Source: a virus. Taken from it: a stretch of 64,000 nucleotides of DNA. Under the pieces are notes generated by a model. It had not been told where the DNA came from and did no database searches. It saw only the letters and a program-made list of their open reading frames with translations. The first letter of the stretch is position 1, and each line of letters opens with the position of its first letter. The stretch spans positions 24,935 through 88,934 of the IMG/VR virus record IMGVR_UViG_3300034418_011250, one strand, 5' to 3'. Below are positions 28,536-37,984 of this stretch, in pieces. Position numbers and translations under genes: made by a program.

Positions 28536-29053
28536 TTTTGTTTCTTGATCATTTTTGCTGCTTTTCTTTTAGCTATGTCAAGTTTTAATGGTGAAACCAA
28601 CTGTGTGAAATTTTTTCCTTCCATATGATCATATTCATGTTGAAAAACTCTTGATGTTATTCCTCTGAATTTTCCAGTCTTTTCCTCACCTTTTACATTC
28701 TGATATGTAAATTCAACAATGTCAGGACGTTTAATGCTTAAAAACAAATACGGATATGTCAAACATCCTTCATCATAAAATTCTGTTTCTTCAGACTCCC
28801 AAATAATTCTAGGATTAAAATAAATCTCATGTTCCTTTTTATCCCAATCAGTGTACATCACAAAGGCACGAATCATCAATCCGCATTGATTTGCAGATAA
28901 ACCAATACCTCCATGTTTTTGCATTGATTCTAATAAGTTGTCGTATAATTCTTGTGGAGTTAGATGAAACATTTCTTCAAAATTATCAAAAGAAATGTCA
29001 GACAATGGAACTTTTAAAATTGGACTTTCTGGGTGAATTAATTCATATATCAT
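28517..29053 (-). CDS. def: Peptide deformylase
   Basis: GIGLSANQ, EGCLT, QHEYDHMEG. Confidence 0.95.
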   Translation of the reverse strand: MIYELIHPESPILKVPLSDISFDNFEEMFHLTPQELYDNLLESMQKHGGIGLSANQCGLMIRAFVMYTDWDKKEHEIYFNPRIIWESEETEFYDEGCLTYPYLFLSIKRPDIVEFTYQNVKGEEKTGKFRGITSRVFQHEYDHMEGKNFTQLVSPLKLDIAKRKAAKMIKKQKWTKKN

Positions 29054-30759
29054 GCGGCAATCCTGCTAAAGTTTTTCTCTTTTTTAAATTGAATGACTGA
29101 TCTAAATTTGTCAAACAATATATCTTGTTTGTGGCTAATTACAAACACATTTTGATTTGTAAATGTATTTAGAATTTTTAGGAAATCGTCAGTTCCTGCA
29201 CCATCTAATGAAGAATCAAATATTTCATCAAGAATCAAAAGATTTGTATTTGTAGAATTTTTTATTTTGGCAATTGCTCTCCATGTAAAAAGAAGAGCCA
29301 GATCTATTCTCATTTTTTCACCTTCTGAAAAAGAAGGATATTTGAAATCATCTCGGTGTCTGGAAAGTATTGTTTCATTAAATGAAGAATCTAGATTAAA
29401 AGAAACATAAAAATCCATTTGTGACAAATAAGCATTGATCAGCTTATTCATAATCGGCAAATACTTTTTAATAATCTTTGTTTTGATACCTGCATCTTGA
29501 AGAAGATTCTTTGCAACATCAAGGTATGTTCTTTCTTCATTTAATCTTAACTTGTTATTATTGTATATCTCTAATTGAGTTTCTAATTTTATTAATTCTT
29601 CTTTGTCTTGATCATTAACCTCATTGTTTGTTATCTGTTCAATTTCTTTTATGCTCTTTTTAATAATATCTTCAAGCATTTTGATTGAAGAATCAATTGT
29701 TGCGACTTTAATTGAAATATTCGAAATCTCCTCCTCTAGTATTTCAAACTCTTTCAATCTATCTTCTTCAATGTTTTCTAAACTTTTTAATTCATTTAGA
29801 GCATCACCAATCTCATGAACCTTTTCATGCTTTTCTTTTATTTTTGTTTTTCGAATATCTTCATCAATATCCTGCGTGCATGTAGGACAAACTTTGTTGT
29901 CATCAAAGAAAGCAAGAATCTTATTTTCCTCTCTCCATTTGTTCTCGAGAGCAGCATGAGTCTTTCTGAGTTTTGTAAGTTTCTTGGTAGCTTCTTTTTT
30001 GCTTTCCAATGCTTCTCTGAGCTCTTCTAGCTTCCGTAGTAAGGTCTTTTTACTTTCTGCCTTGTTTTGTATTATCTCTTTATTGTCTTGTATCTTTTGT
30101 TGACGTTCATCAATAATGTTTTCTTTGTTCTCGAGAACTGACTTGATATATTTCTTTTGCATTTGAATCTTCTCTTCAGCAAGCTGTATCTGATATTCAT
30201 TTTCTTGAATATTATCAAGAAGAGATTTGTTTTTACCTTTCAGAATAGCATTCATCAACGTGAATATCCGAATATCAAGAATATCCTCAACAACTTCTCT
30301 ACGATCTCTTGCAGAAAGCTGCATGAATGGAACAAAAGTAGATGATCCTAAAATTACAACCTGAGTAAACGAACGATAGTTTAATTTGAGAATCTGTTGT
30401 TCTAGGAATTGTTGATAATCTTTCAGCGCAGCATCTTGTGTCACTAATTTATTTTGAACATAAATCTCAAATTTGTTTGGCTTGATTCCTCTACAGACTT
30501 TGACATGTTTTCCAGAAACAGCAAATTCAACCTCAACTTCTAATTCACGTTGATTCACACTATTAATCAGTTGTGGTTTATTAATGCTTCTGAATGGTTT
30601 GCCATAAAGTCCAAAGCAAAGTGCATCAAGAATTGTTGATTTACCAGAACCATTCTCACCAATAATTAGAGTTGAAGATTCATTATCAAGTTTAATTTCT
30701 GTAAATGAATTTCCTGTAGAAAGGAAATTCTTCCATTTTACTGTTTTGAATATAATCAT
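29050..30759 (-). CDS. gp46: Recombination nuclease ATPase subunit gp46 (Rad50/SbcC-like)
   Basis: GENGSGKS, CPTC hook, FSEGEK, LILDE. Confidence 0.96.
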   Translation of the reverse strand: MIIFKTVKWKNFLSTGNSFTEIKLDNESSTLIIGENGSGKSTILDALCFGLYGKPFRSINKPQLINSVNQRELEVEVEFAVSGKHVKVCRGIKPNKFEIYVQNKLVTQDAALKDYQQFLEQQILKLNYRSFTQVVILGSSTFVPFMQLSARDRREVVEDILDIRIFTLMNAILKGKNKSLLDNIQENEYQIQLAEEKIQMQKKYIKSVLENKENIIDERQQKIQDNKEIIQNKAESKKTLLRKLEELREALESKKEATKKLTKLRKTHAALENKWREENKILAFFDDNKVCPTCTQDIDEDIRKTKIKEKHEKVHEIGDALNELKSLENIEEDRLKEFEILEEEISNISIKVATIDSSIKMLEDIIKKSIKEIEQITNNEVNDQDKEELIKLETQLEIYNNNKLRLNEERTYLDVAKNLLQDAGIKTKIIKKYLPIMNKLINAYLSQMDFYVSFNLDSSFNETILSRHRDDFKYPSFSEGEKMRIDLALLFTWRAIAKIKNSTNTNLLILDEIFDSSLDGAGTDDFLKILNTFTNQNVFVISHKQDILFDKFRSVIQFKKEKNFSRIAA

Positions 30760-31028
30760 TTGGTTATTTCTATTGTAATTCCTGCTCTGCCTTTTGAAAT
30801 TTCATAACCATTTTTTCTGTTATCAAATTTCATACCATATTTTTTAAAATCAAAAACAACACGCATTTCATCTTCAACAACTCCTTCTAGCAAATTTGTT
30901 GCATAATCTAATCCAAGATTGTATAATCCCTCAACTAAAGTTGGATTATCTTTAAAGTTCGATTCTAAATCTGAAATAGGTATATGTATAATCATATTTT
31001 CCTTTAATAACTTTGATTTAAACGCCAA
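30756..31028 (-). CDS. Hypothetical protein
   Basis: Overlaps the gp46 start; true start is probably near 30995. Confidence 0.45.
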   Translation of the reverse strand: MAFKSKLLKENMIIHIPISDLESNFKDNPTLVEGLYNLGLDYATNLLEGVVEDEMRVVFDFKKYGMKFDNRKNGYEISKGRAGITIEITK

Positions 31029-31843
31029 ACGAGATATTCTTTTGCTCCAATGGTATCATATTTTTGTTCACCTATCAGACTATCAACCTTAACATCATCT
31101 CTTGGATGAACAAAATATGGAAAACTGAAACGACTGATATTCAGATGCTCATTTACGACACGATGCGGAGTTGAGACATAAATATCATTAGTCCAGCGTT
31201 GAAGCAAATCTCCAACATTTACAATACAAGTATTTGTAATGTAAGGAGCATCAATCCATTCATCTGTTCCTCTTGGCTTTATTTGTAATCCAGGATTTTC
31301 ATCCGTGAATAAAATTGTAATTGTTCCATAATCCGTATGTTCTCCTCCACGCATTTGATTTTCTTGTATTCTACCATTCCAAGCAGGATAATGTAGCATT
31401 CTTGCTGTAGTAGATGAAGATTCTCTATGTTTATCAATCAAAAATAATTCTGGCAAATCTAATGCTTTTTCAATCAACCATAAAATACGTTTACTAATAA
31501 GATCTAATACAAGATTCCATTCTAGACATATATCTTCAAATCCTCTATCTGGCCATTTATTGTCATCACCATACTTACACCAATTGAATGCCTCTTTTAA
31601 ATCAGGAGGTGTTCCTGGAGTCAAACTTTCTATCATCCCTTGATATCCAGTGTTTGATTCTGTTGATGTGTACTTGTATTTGTTTTTTTCATCAATTGGT
31701 AAAGCAAAAAATTTCTTAGCATGATTCAATATTTTTGGCCATGTTGTTTGCGTTTCAAAATAAGCAAACCCGATGGTCTTGAATGCTTCATCTAATTTAA
31801 TATGAGCATCATCATCTAAATGATTTATAATTGGTATTTTCAT
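31004..31843 (-). CDS. Isopenicillin N synthase-like 2OG-Fe(II) oxygenase
   Basis: DLKEAF, RMLHYP, HTDYGTITIL, NVGDLLQRWTND, STPHRV, RFSFPYF. Confidence 0.9.
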   Translation of the reverse strand: MKIPIINHLDDDAHIKLDEAFKTIGFAYFETQTTWPKILNHAKKFFALPIDEKNKYKYTSTESNTGYQGMIESLTPGTPPDLKEAFNWCKYGDDNKWPDRGFEDICLEWNLVLDLISKRILWLIEKALDLPELFLIDKHRESSSTTARMLHYPAWNGRIQENQMRGGEHTDYGTITILFTDENPGLQIKPRGTDEWIDAPYITNTCIVNVGDLLQRWTNDIYVSTPHRVVNEHLNISRFSFPYFVHPRDDVKVDSLIGEQKYDTIGAKEYLVWRLNQSY

Positions 31844-31852
31844 AAGAATATA

Positions 31853-31871
31853 TGGGGGATTTACTCCCCCA
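31853..31871 (-). terminator. GC-rich hairpin after the BMP gene
   Basis: TGGGGGA-GTAAA-TCCCCCA followed by TATATTCTT. Confidence 0.55.
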
Positions 31872-31878
31872 ATAAATG

Positions 31879-32937
31879 TTATTGCATCTGAGTAGTTACA
31901 CCATCAACATAATGATCCATTGAATCAATTTCTGATCTTCCTGATCCTGGAGGAACAATTCTTCCATCCTGTCTCATATATCCTCTTGAAAAAGGAAATG
32001 AAGCATCATATTCTCCTGACACAAATTTAGCTTTCTCAACTTCTACAAAAGACTTGACACTTTCTGGAACATTTGGACCCCATGGGCTAAGATCAACACA
32101 TCCCCTTTCCATACCCCAGAATGGTGTGTCTACTTCCCATGTTCCATCTTCAACTGTTTTCATCACATGCTTGTAATAGACATCCCAGTTGAACATTGGA
32201 CCAGTTGCGTATCGATCAGGACCAAATGAATTCATTGGTGCATCATTACCCATTCCCCAAAGTGGATTTTCAGGTGTTGACTTTTTCTGAGCTAGCATAA
32301 CAACCGATGGTGAATCAGTAGTTGTGAAGAAAACATCTACTCCACTTGTATGAAGCGCATCTGCTGCAGCTGCATCTTTACTTGGATCAAACCATGAATT
32401 AATCCAAACAATTGAAACTTCAACATCTGGATTTACTGATTTTGCTCCAAGAGTTGCTGCATTGATGTTTGAAATAATTTCTGGAATTGGATGTGAACCA
32501 ACAAATCCAATCTTGTTTGTTTTTGTAAGCAATCCTGCAGCAACACCAGCTAGGTATCGTGCTTGGAATAATCTACAATTGTAGTTATTCATGTTTTCTG
32601 CAGTTTTGAATCCTGTAGCATGCATGAACTTGACATCTGGAAATTTCTTGGCGACATTAAGCATGGATTCCATATATCCAAATGATGTGCCAAAAACTAC
32701 ATCATGCTTTCTTGCCAAATTTCGAAATACTCTTTCTGATTCTGTTTCTGCCACTGCTTCAACTACATCAAATTCATATCCTGATTCTTTCATCCCTTGA
32801 TAATGCCTCATACTCCAACCACCATCACTTTTCGGACCAACTAAAACTAATCCTGCAGTCGGTTTCTCTGCAGCAAATACAATGGTTGTAAATGCTACAA
32901 ACGTAATCATCATCAATACACTAAAGAATTTTTTCAT
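31879..32937 (-). CDS. BMP-family (purine nucleoside-type) ABC substrate-binding protein
   Basis: Signal peptide; GPKSDGGWS, GTSFGY, YLAGVAAG, KTNKIGFVG, INAATLGAKSVNPD, SWFDP. Confidence 0.88.
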   Translation of the reverse strand: MKKFFSVLMMITFVAFTTIVFAAEKPTAGLVLVGPKSDGGWSMRHYQGMKESGYEFDVVEAVAETESERVFRNLARKHDVVFGTSFGYMESMLNVAKKFPDVKFMHATGFKTAENMNNYNCRLFQARYLAGVAAGLLTKTNKIGFVGSHPIPEIISNINAATLGAKSVNPDVEVSIVWINSWFDPSKDAAAADALHTSGVDVFFTTTDSPSVVMLAQKKSTPENPLWGMGNDAPMNSFGPDRYATGPMFNWDVYYKHVMKTVEDGTWEVDTPFWGMERGCVDLSPWGPNVPESVKSFVEVEKAKFVSGEYDASFPFSRGYMRQDGRIVPPGSGRSEIDSMDHYVDGVTTQMQ

Positions 32938-32976
32938 TGTTCTCCTTTGAGATTAAGTTTAAAACATAACAAAATC

Positions 32977-33016
32977 GGTGCGTACATGCACCATATTAAT
33001 GCGAATTCGCATTAAT
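32977..33016. repeat. Perfect 22-bp palindrome plus adjacent hairpin upstream of the BMP gene
   Basis: ATTAATGCGAATTCGCATTAAT at 32995-33016; GGTGCGTACATGCACC at 32977-32992. Confidence 0.8.
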
Positions 33017-33020
33017 TTCT

Positions 33021-33350
33021 TTATTGTCGATATCTCATTAATCTGGTGATTTTTCCATTATCATCATAATTAATGACATAAACTTGATTATATCCTTTTT
33101 GATTATCCATCATTACAGTTAATTGAGCAAACACGACATTTCCATTTGTTGCCATATTATCAATATGGTTCACAAGCATAACTGATGACGAAAAATAATT
33201 TGTGTAATGCTCATAAATCTTAGGTTTTGTTGTAATAATGTTATTCCAATCATAAAAAACACATATGTCACTAAAGCATTCTAAAACACATGTGGAATCT
33301 TTTTTATTCAAACATTGAAAGAAAGTTGCAGCTTGTTTTATAAAATTCAT
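33021..33350 (-). CDS. NTF2/SnoaL-like fold protein
   Basis: Size and pattern: FSDICVFYD...YVINYDDNGKITRL. Confidence 0.6.
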   Translation of the reverse strand: MNFIKQAATFFQCLNKKDSTCVLECFSDICVFYDWNNIITTKPKIYEHYTNYFSSSVMLVNHIDNMATNGNVVFAQLTVMMDNQKGYNQVYVINYDDNGKITRLMRYRQ

Positions 33351-34321
33351 TATGCCTTGAATTGTTTTTCAAATTCACGAAGTCTTTTGTATACACTCAT
33401 AAGTTCTACAATTTGCAACCAACTACGAATAATAAATTGCAAACTTTCTGCAACTTTACCGAATGCTCTTGTTGTTTGACTCACGATTCCTAATGTGATT
33501 CCACCAGCAATGATGCTTGGTCCAAGCGCAACATAAGGAACAATCACCATACCTTGCAAATAACTCCATTTTGCAATATTGAAATAAAAGTAATGCAAAT
33601 AAGAATGAAAATGAATTGCTTTTACATTATCGAATAATTCTTCTACAGTTGACAACTTTGCTCTTGTTTTTTTATCTTCGCCATGAACCAATTCTTTTCT
33701 GTAAGCAGCTTCTTCTTTTTGAATATCGTATTCAATTCCTGGAAGTTTAGAACCAATTGCGCTTAAAACAGCTGTTCCACCCAATGCTGTAACAATCACA
33801 GCCCAAACAAGTCCATGATCTACTTGCCCAAAAATAGGAAATTCTGTAACTGCTTTACTCAGTCCATATAGAATAGGAACAAATGCAATCAACATCAAAA
33901 CTGATTCAAGTAATCCAACACCAAGATTCTCAGTTAATCTAGCAAATTTTAATGTGTCTTCTTGAACACGTTGACTTGCACCTTCAATGTGTCTAACCTT
34001 TTGCCAGTTCTCATGATAATAATCTGCCATACTTTGTCGCCATCGAAATGTCCAATGATTAACTAAGAATCCATTGAAGATCACATTCACTATAATGTAA
34101 ATACCTGCAATGCTGAAAAAATCAAACATGTATCCATAATATTCATCATAACTTACAGATCCAGGTTCAGACAATGCCTTCTGAAGTGCATCGTAAAATC
34201 TTCCAAACCATTCATTAATTTGAACATCTAATTGAACACTATACCAAATTGCTGCAATAATGGTTAATGTTCCAAGTCTACTCCATAGTCTCCATCTTTT
34301 ATCAGTAAAAAATCTAAACAT
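33350..34321 (-). CDS. sbmA: SbmA/BacA-like peptide transporter
   Basis: INEWFGRFYD, FRWRQSM, IEGASQRVQEDT, KEEAAYRKELVHGED, FGKVAESLQ, ELMSVYKRLREFE. Confidence 0.9.
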   Translation of the reverse strand: MFRFFTDKRWRLWSRLGTLTIIAAIWYSVQLDVQINEWFGRFYDALQKALSEPGSVSYDEYYGYMFDFFSIAGIYIIVNVIFNGFLVNHWTFRWRQSMADYYHENWQKVRHIEGASQRVQEDTLKFARLTENLGVGLLESVLMLIAFVPILYGLSKAVTEFPIFGQVDHGLVWAVIVTALGGTAVLSAIGSKLPGIEYDIQKEEAAYRKELVHGEDKKTRAKLSTVEELFDNVKAIHFHSYLHYFYFNIAKWSYLQGMVIVPYVALGPSIIAGGITLGIVSQTTRAFGKVAESLQFIIRSWLQIVELMSVYKRLREFEKQFKA

Positions 34322-34339
34322 ATATTCCTTTATAAATTA

Positions 34340-35401
34340 TTAAATTTCCAATTCACTTGCTTCTAAATATAATGACTTCATCATTCCAGACAATCTTTGC
34401 TTGTCAAGAGATATTTCAAGTTCATCAATATAATTTTCTAATAACGAAACAGTATCTTCAGATTTCTCAACAATATCATCTGAAACATTATCAGCATCTA
34501 AATCTGAAAAATCCTCAATAATCTTTACTTCATGTGCTGTGCTTTTTAGAAGTTTATCAATGAACAAATCAAATCCATAAAGATCTGTTTTGTTTACAAC
34601 TACAACCTTGGTGTATTTCTCATGTACAGTATTAAAATCAAAATTAGAATAATCATAATTTCTATCGTCATAATATAACTTGTAGAAGATGGTGTGAGGA
34701 TTAACGATTCTTTCTAATTCACGAGTCTTGACATCAAACACATGAAATCCTCTTGGGCATTTATAATCAGCCCATGTTATTTCATATGTATTTCCAAGAT
34801 AATATATTTGTCCATCATCTGACTTCTTATGAAAATGACCAGAAAATACTAAATCAAATTTATTAAACAAATCTTTATCATAACCTCCTTGAGCATAATT
34901 ACCTGAATGCATTTCAAATCCATTGATTTCCAAATGCCCCATGGCAATCTGAGCTTTTGTTGCTTTAATCTTTTCCATGGTGTCAGCATAGTTTTCACTA
35001 TTGATCCATGGAATCATTAAAATAGGAGTATGATTAAATTTAATCTCAGAGCATTCTTGATAAATGTGAACATTTGGAAATTTGCCTGTAATCAATTCTG
35101 TCAATGAATTTACTTCATTGGTGTTTCGATAAAATATATCATGATTACCCACCAACATATGAAGCTCTATCTTCATATCAAAGAAAGGTTGTAAAAATCT
35201 TTCACGAAAATCTTTGGCAATTCTATATGAAACAAATTTTCTTCGATCCATAACATCACCAAGATGAAGAACATGCTTTATATTGTTCTCTTTCAAATAT
35301 GGAAAAAATGTTTCTTCCCAAAATTTGTAAAAGAAATCATTAAAAATGATACTGTCCGACCTAGCTCCGAAGTGACTGTCGGTAATTAATGCTACTTTCA
35401 T
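34340..35401 (-). CDS. gp47: Recombination endonuclease subunit gp47 (Mre11/SbcD-like)
   Basis: DSHFG, LGD, GNHD, GHLE, SGHFH. Confidence 0.96.
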   Translation of the reverse strand: MKVALITDSHFGARSDSIIFNDFFYKFWEETFFPYLKENNIKHVLHLGDVMDRRKFVSYRIAKDFRERFLQPFFDMKIELHMLVGNHDIFYRNTNEVNSLTELITGKFPNVHIYQECSEIKFNHTPILMIPWINSENYADTMEKIKATKAQIAMGHLEINGFEMHSGNYAQGGYDKDLFNKFDLVFSGHFHKKSDDGQIYYLGNTYEITWADYKCPRGFHVFDVKTRELERIVNPHTIFYKLYYDDRNYDYSNFDFNTVHEKYTKVVVVNKTDLYGFDLFIDKLLKSTAHEVKIIEDFSDLDADNVSDDIVEKSEDTVSLLENYIDELEISLDKQRLSGMMKSLYLEASELEI

Positions 35402-35925
35402 GCTTTACAAAATTTCTCAAGTCCTTTTGGTTTGTCAACTTTTTTCTTTTTAGTTTTATAAACTTCTTCATCTGGCAGGTAATTCTTTTGAAGATAATCA
35501 GTATAATAATTGGTTAGATCTTCATTGTCTTCTATTCCAATAATGGATGGATCAAAATTAATGTTTTCAATTATTTTGTGTTTGATATGTTGTTGTTTCT
35601 TTTCCTTTTGAATTCTTCGCACAAAAGCATAGAATACTATTTGTGTGAAATAACCGAATGGATTGTTGTATTTTTCGTGATCAAAATTGTGGGCATATTG
35701 TATACAATTCTCGATTCCATCAAGAATCATTTCATCTTTGTAAGTATAGTTGATGAAGTTTGGGCGATAAGAAAGGTGAGTTGCAATCTTTAAAAAACAC
35801 TCTCCAAGATATTCTGGAATTGGTGGTGTTTCTTCTCCTAAATCCTCAGCTTCAATATAACTTTCCCTCCACTTTTTAATAGCTTCATAAAATTCATCAT
35901 TATTGATGTAATGTTTTTTCTTCAT
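35398..35925 (-). CDS. gp55: Late-transcription sigma factor gp55
   Basis: HYINN, FINYTYKDEMILDGIENC, NPFGYFTQI; start at 35925 with GGAG SD. Confidence 0.95.
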   Translation of the reverse strand: MKKKHYINNDEFYEAIKKWRESYIEAEDLGEETPPIPEYLGECFLKIATHLSYRPNFINYTYKDEMILDGIENCIQYAHNFDHEKYNNPFGYFTQIVFYAFVRRIQKEKKQQHIKHKIIENINFDPSIIGIEDNEDLTNYYTDYLQKNYLPDEEVYKTKKKKVDKPKGLEKFCKA

Positions 35926-35949
35926 AATACTCCATGAAAAATAAAAACC

Positions 35950-35978
35950 ATTATACCTCAGAAAAAAATAATTGTCAA
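35950..35978 (-). promoter_or_regulatory. Consensus sigma70 promoter for gp55
   Basis: TTGACA-17 nt-TATAAT. Confidence 0.85.
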
Positions 35979-35992
35979 GCAAAAAAAATAAC

Positions 35993-36021
35993 TTGACATT
36001 TGCTCTCAGAAAATGTAGAGT
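35993..36021 (+). promoter_or_regulatory. Possible divergent promoter firing antisense into uvsW
   Basis: TTGACA-17 nt-TAGAGT, back-to-back with the gp55 promoter. Confidence 0.45.
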
Positions 36022-36039
36022 AGATGTGTTGGCTGGTGA

Positions 36040-37515
36040 TCAGGAGATTCGAATCCTATGAATCTCATAATTAAACTGTTCGCTGTTATAAATATTGATT
36101 CTCTCTTGAAAATGATTTAAAGTGTAATTACTCTTCTTTCCAGATGAAAGATCATCCGCAATATCAAATAGTGTAGCATATGTTTTTTGTTCGTTCGTTC
36201 TTAATCCTCTTCCTATTGATTGTAATGTTCGAATTCTTGACTTACTTGGGCTCGCAAATATAATGTTATGTAGATTTTTAATGTTGATTCCTGTTGAGAA
36301 GGTTCCATAAGAAGCAACAATAATACAATCATTTTTTTCTTCAGATAGTTTTCTTATATCTTCTCTGACTTCAGTATCTGTAGCTCCATAAACATAATAA
36401 ACTGGTCTTTCTGTTGATGATTTTATTTGATCATACAGAATAGCTCCATGTTTTTCTACATATTGAAATAAAAGTAATGTGTTGTTTTTTAATCTAAGTG
36501 CAAGATCGCAGATGAACTGATTTCTTTTTGAATGAGAAGTGATAAAATCCATTTCTTGAGGATATGACATTTTCTTGACGAGTTTACATTCTTCATCACT
36601 ATAGGTAAGAACTAATGCTTGGATGTTTAGCGTTGCAAGTGTCTTCTTTTCCATTAGTTCTTTGGTCGAGACTACTTTTTTTACTGGACCAAACAATCCT
36701 TCTAAAACAAGTCGATGTGTTTGCGTTCCATCAAGCGTACCAGTCAAACCAAATCTATATTTAGTCATATGCAGCTTATGCATGATATTTGAAAGTGATT
36801 TTGCTTTAAATAAATGGCATTCATCACCAATCACTGCACCAAATGTTTCAAAATATTTTGTTGGAAATTTATAAATAGATTGCCATGTAGAAATAACAAC
36901 AGGATGTGTTACATTTCTATCATGTCCAGAATATATTTTTTGAATGTTTGATTCCTGCCAACCATAATCAACAAAATCAGAAGCAAGTTGTTCAACAAGA
37001 GATGTGGTTGGAACAAGAATCAAAATATTCTGTTGATCTGTTTCTTCTAAAATGTTTAGATAGAATCGAACCAAACAGTAGATAATAAGAGATTTGCCTG
37101 AAGCAGTAGGACTGATAAGTAATGTCCGATTGTTTCGAATTGCGTGTGCCAAGGCATCAATTTGATAGTCACGTGGTTTGACATTTTTTCCAGCTGATTT
37201 TAGCTTGAGATATTTTGTGAATGATTCAACATCTTTTGTTGAAATAGAAACAGCATCATTTAACAACTCCTCAGAAAGTGTATAATTTATTTCTTGTTGT
37301 TGCAGATACTCAGCAAGGTAAGAAAGTAGACCAATATATAATTCTCCTGTCATTACATTAAACAGTCGAATTTTTCCATCCCAAATTCTGTTCCTTACAG
37401 CAGGCATAAATTTTGCCCCTGGAACTTCAAATGTAAAATATGATGAAATTTGTCGTGCTTCGGATGGTTCGCAATCTATTTTAAGATAAACTTCATTTTT
37501 CTTTTTAATTTCCAT
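36040..37515 (-). CDS. uvsW: SF2 helicase UvsW
   Basis: WDGKIRLF, SPTASGKS, DECH, GLTGT, LQSIGRGLR. Confidence 0.96.
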   Translation of the reverse strand: MEIKKKNEVYLKIDCEPSEARQISSYFTFEVPGAKFMPAVRNRIWDGKIRLFNVMTGELYIGLLSYLAEYLQQQEINYTLSEELLNDAVSISTKDVESFTKYLKLKSAGKNVKPRDYQIDALAHAIRNNRTLLISPTASGKSLIIYCLVRFYLNILEETDQQNILILVPTTSLVEQLASDFVDYGWQESNIQKIYSGHDRNVTHPVVISTWQSIYKFPTKYFETFGAVIGDECHLFKAKSLSNIMHKLHMTKYRFGLTGTLDGTQTHRLVLEGLFGPVKKVVSTKELMEKKTLATLNIQALVLTYSDEECKLVKKMSYPQEMDFITSHSKRNQFICDLALRLKNNTLLLFQYVEKHGAILYDQIKSSTERPVYYVYGATDTEVREDIRKLSEEKNDCIIVASYGTFSTGINIKNLHNIIFASPSKSRIRTLQSIGRGLRTNEQKTYATLFDIADDLSSGKKSNYTLNHFQERINIYNSEQFNYEIHRIRIS

Positions 37516-37984
37516 CTTTGTCTGGCAGATAGTGTGGCACATCTAATTCATGAAATATTAAATCAGACCCATCATTGTTATTTCTTTCTTTTTTCTTTTC
37601 TTCGCTTTGGTCTTCACCATCTTTAAACTCACCTTCGAATTCTGCACCTTCATTCATCTGCTGAGACATGTTCTGTAACTTTTTATGCATGTCAGGGCTG
37701 TAAGGCAAAAAGATTGCTTTTGGTTGTTCTTCGTTTTCTAAAAGAATCCAGAAATATATCTTTTTTTGTTCCTCATTAACATCAAATGCAATTAATCTAA
37801 ATTTAGTTTCATCAGTTTTCGGAACAGGATAGCCAAACAATTTATCAAGATAAAAGTATGATCCTGATACAAAAAATAAAGAAAGAGGAATCACATAGAT
37901 TAAATGTATGCTTTTTTTAAGTTCTATCAATAAATAAAGAAAAATACTGAGAAGAACTAATCCTGTTAAAATTATATATATCAT
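37505..37984 (-). CDS. Two-TM membrane protein, third gene of the motor-like operon
   Basis: Two N-terminal hydrophobic helices, then IYFWI...PKAIFLPY; ATGA overlap with the upstream gene. Confidence 0.6.
   Translation of the reverse strand: MIYIILTGLVLLSIFLYLLIELKKSIHLIYVIPLSLFFVSGSYFYLDKLFGYPVPKTDETKFRLIAFDVNEEQKKIYFWILLENEEQPKAIFLPYSPDMHKKLQNMSQQMNEGAEFEGEFKDGEDQSEEKKKERNNNDGSDLIFHELDVPHYLPDKDGN

Noticed and set aside
36087-36877. Plus-strand TATAAATA matches inside uvsW, and others inside gp14 and gp16
   Set aside because: Expected by chance in an AT-rich genome, with no supporting downstream feature.
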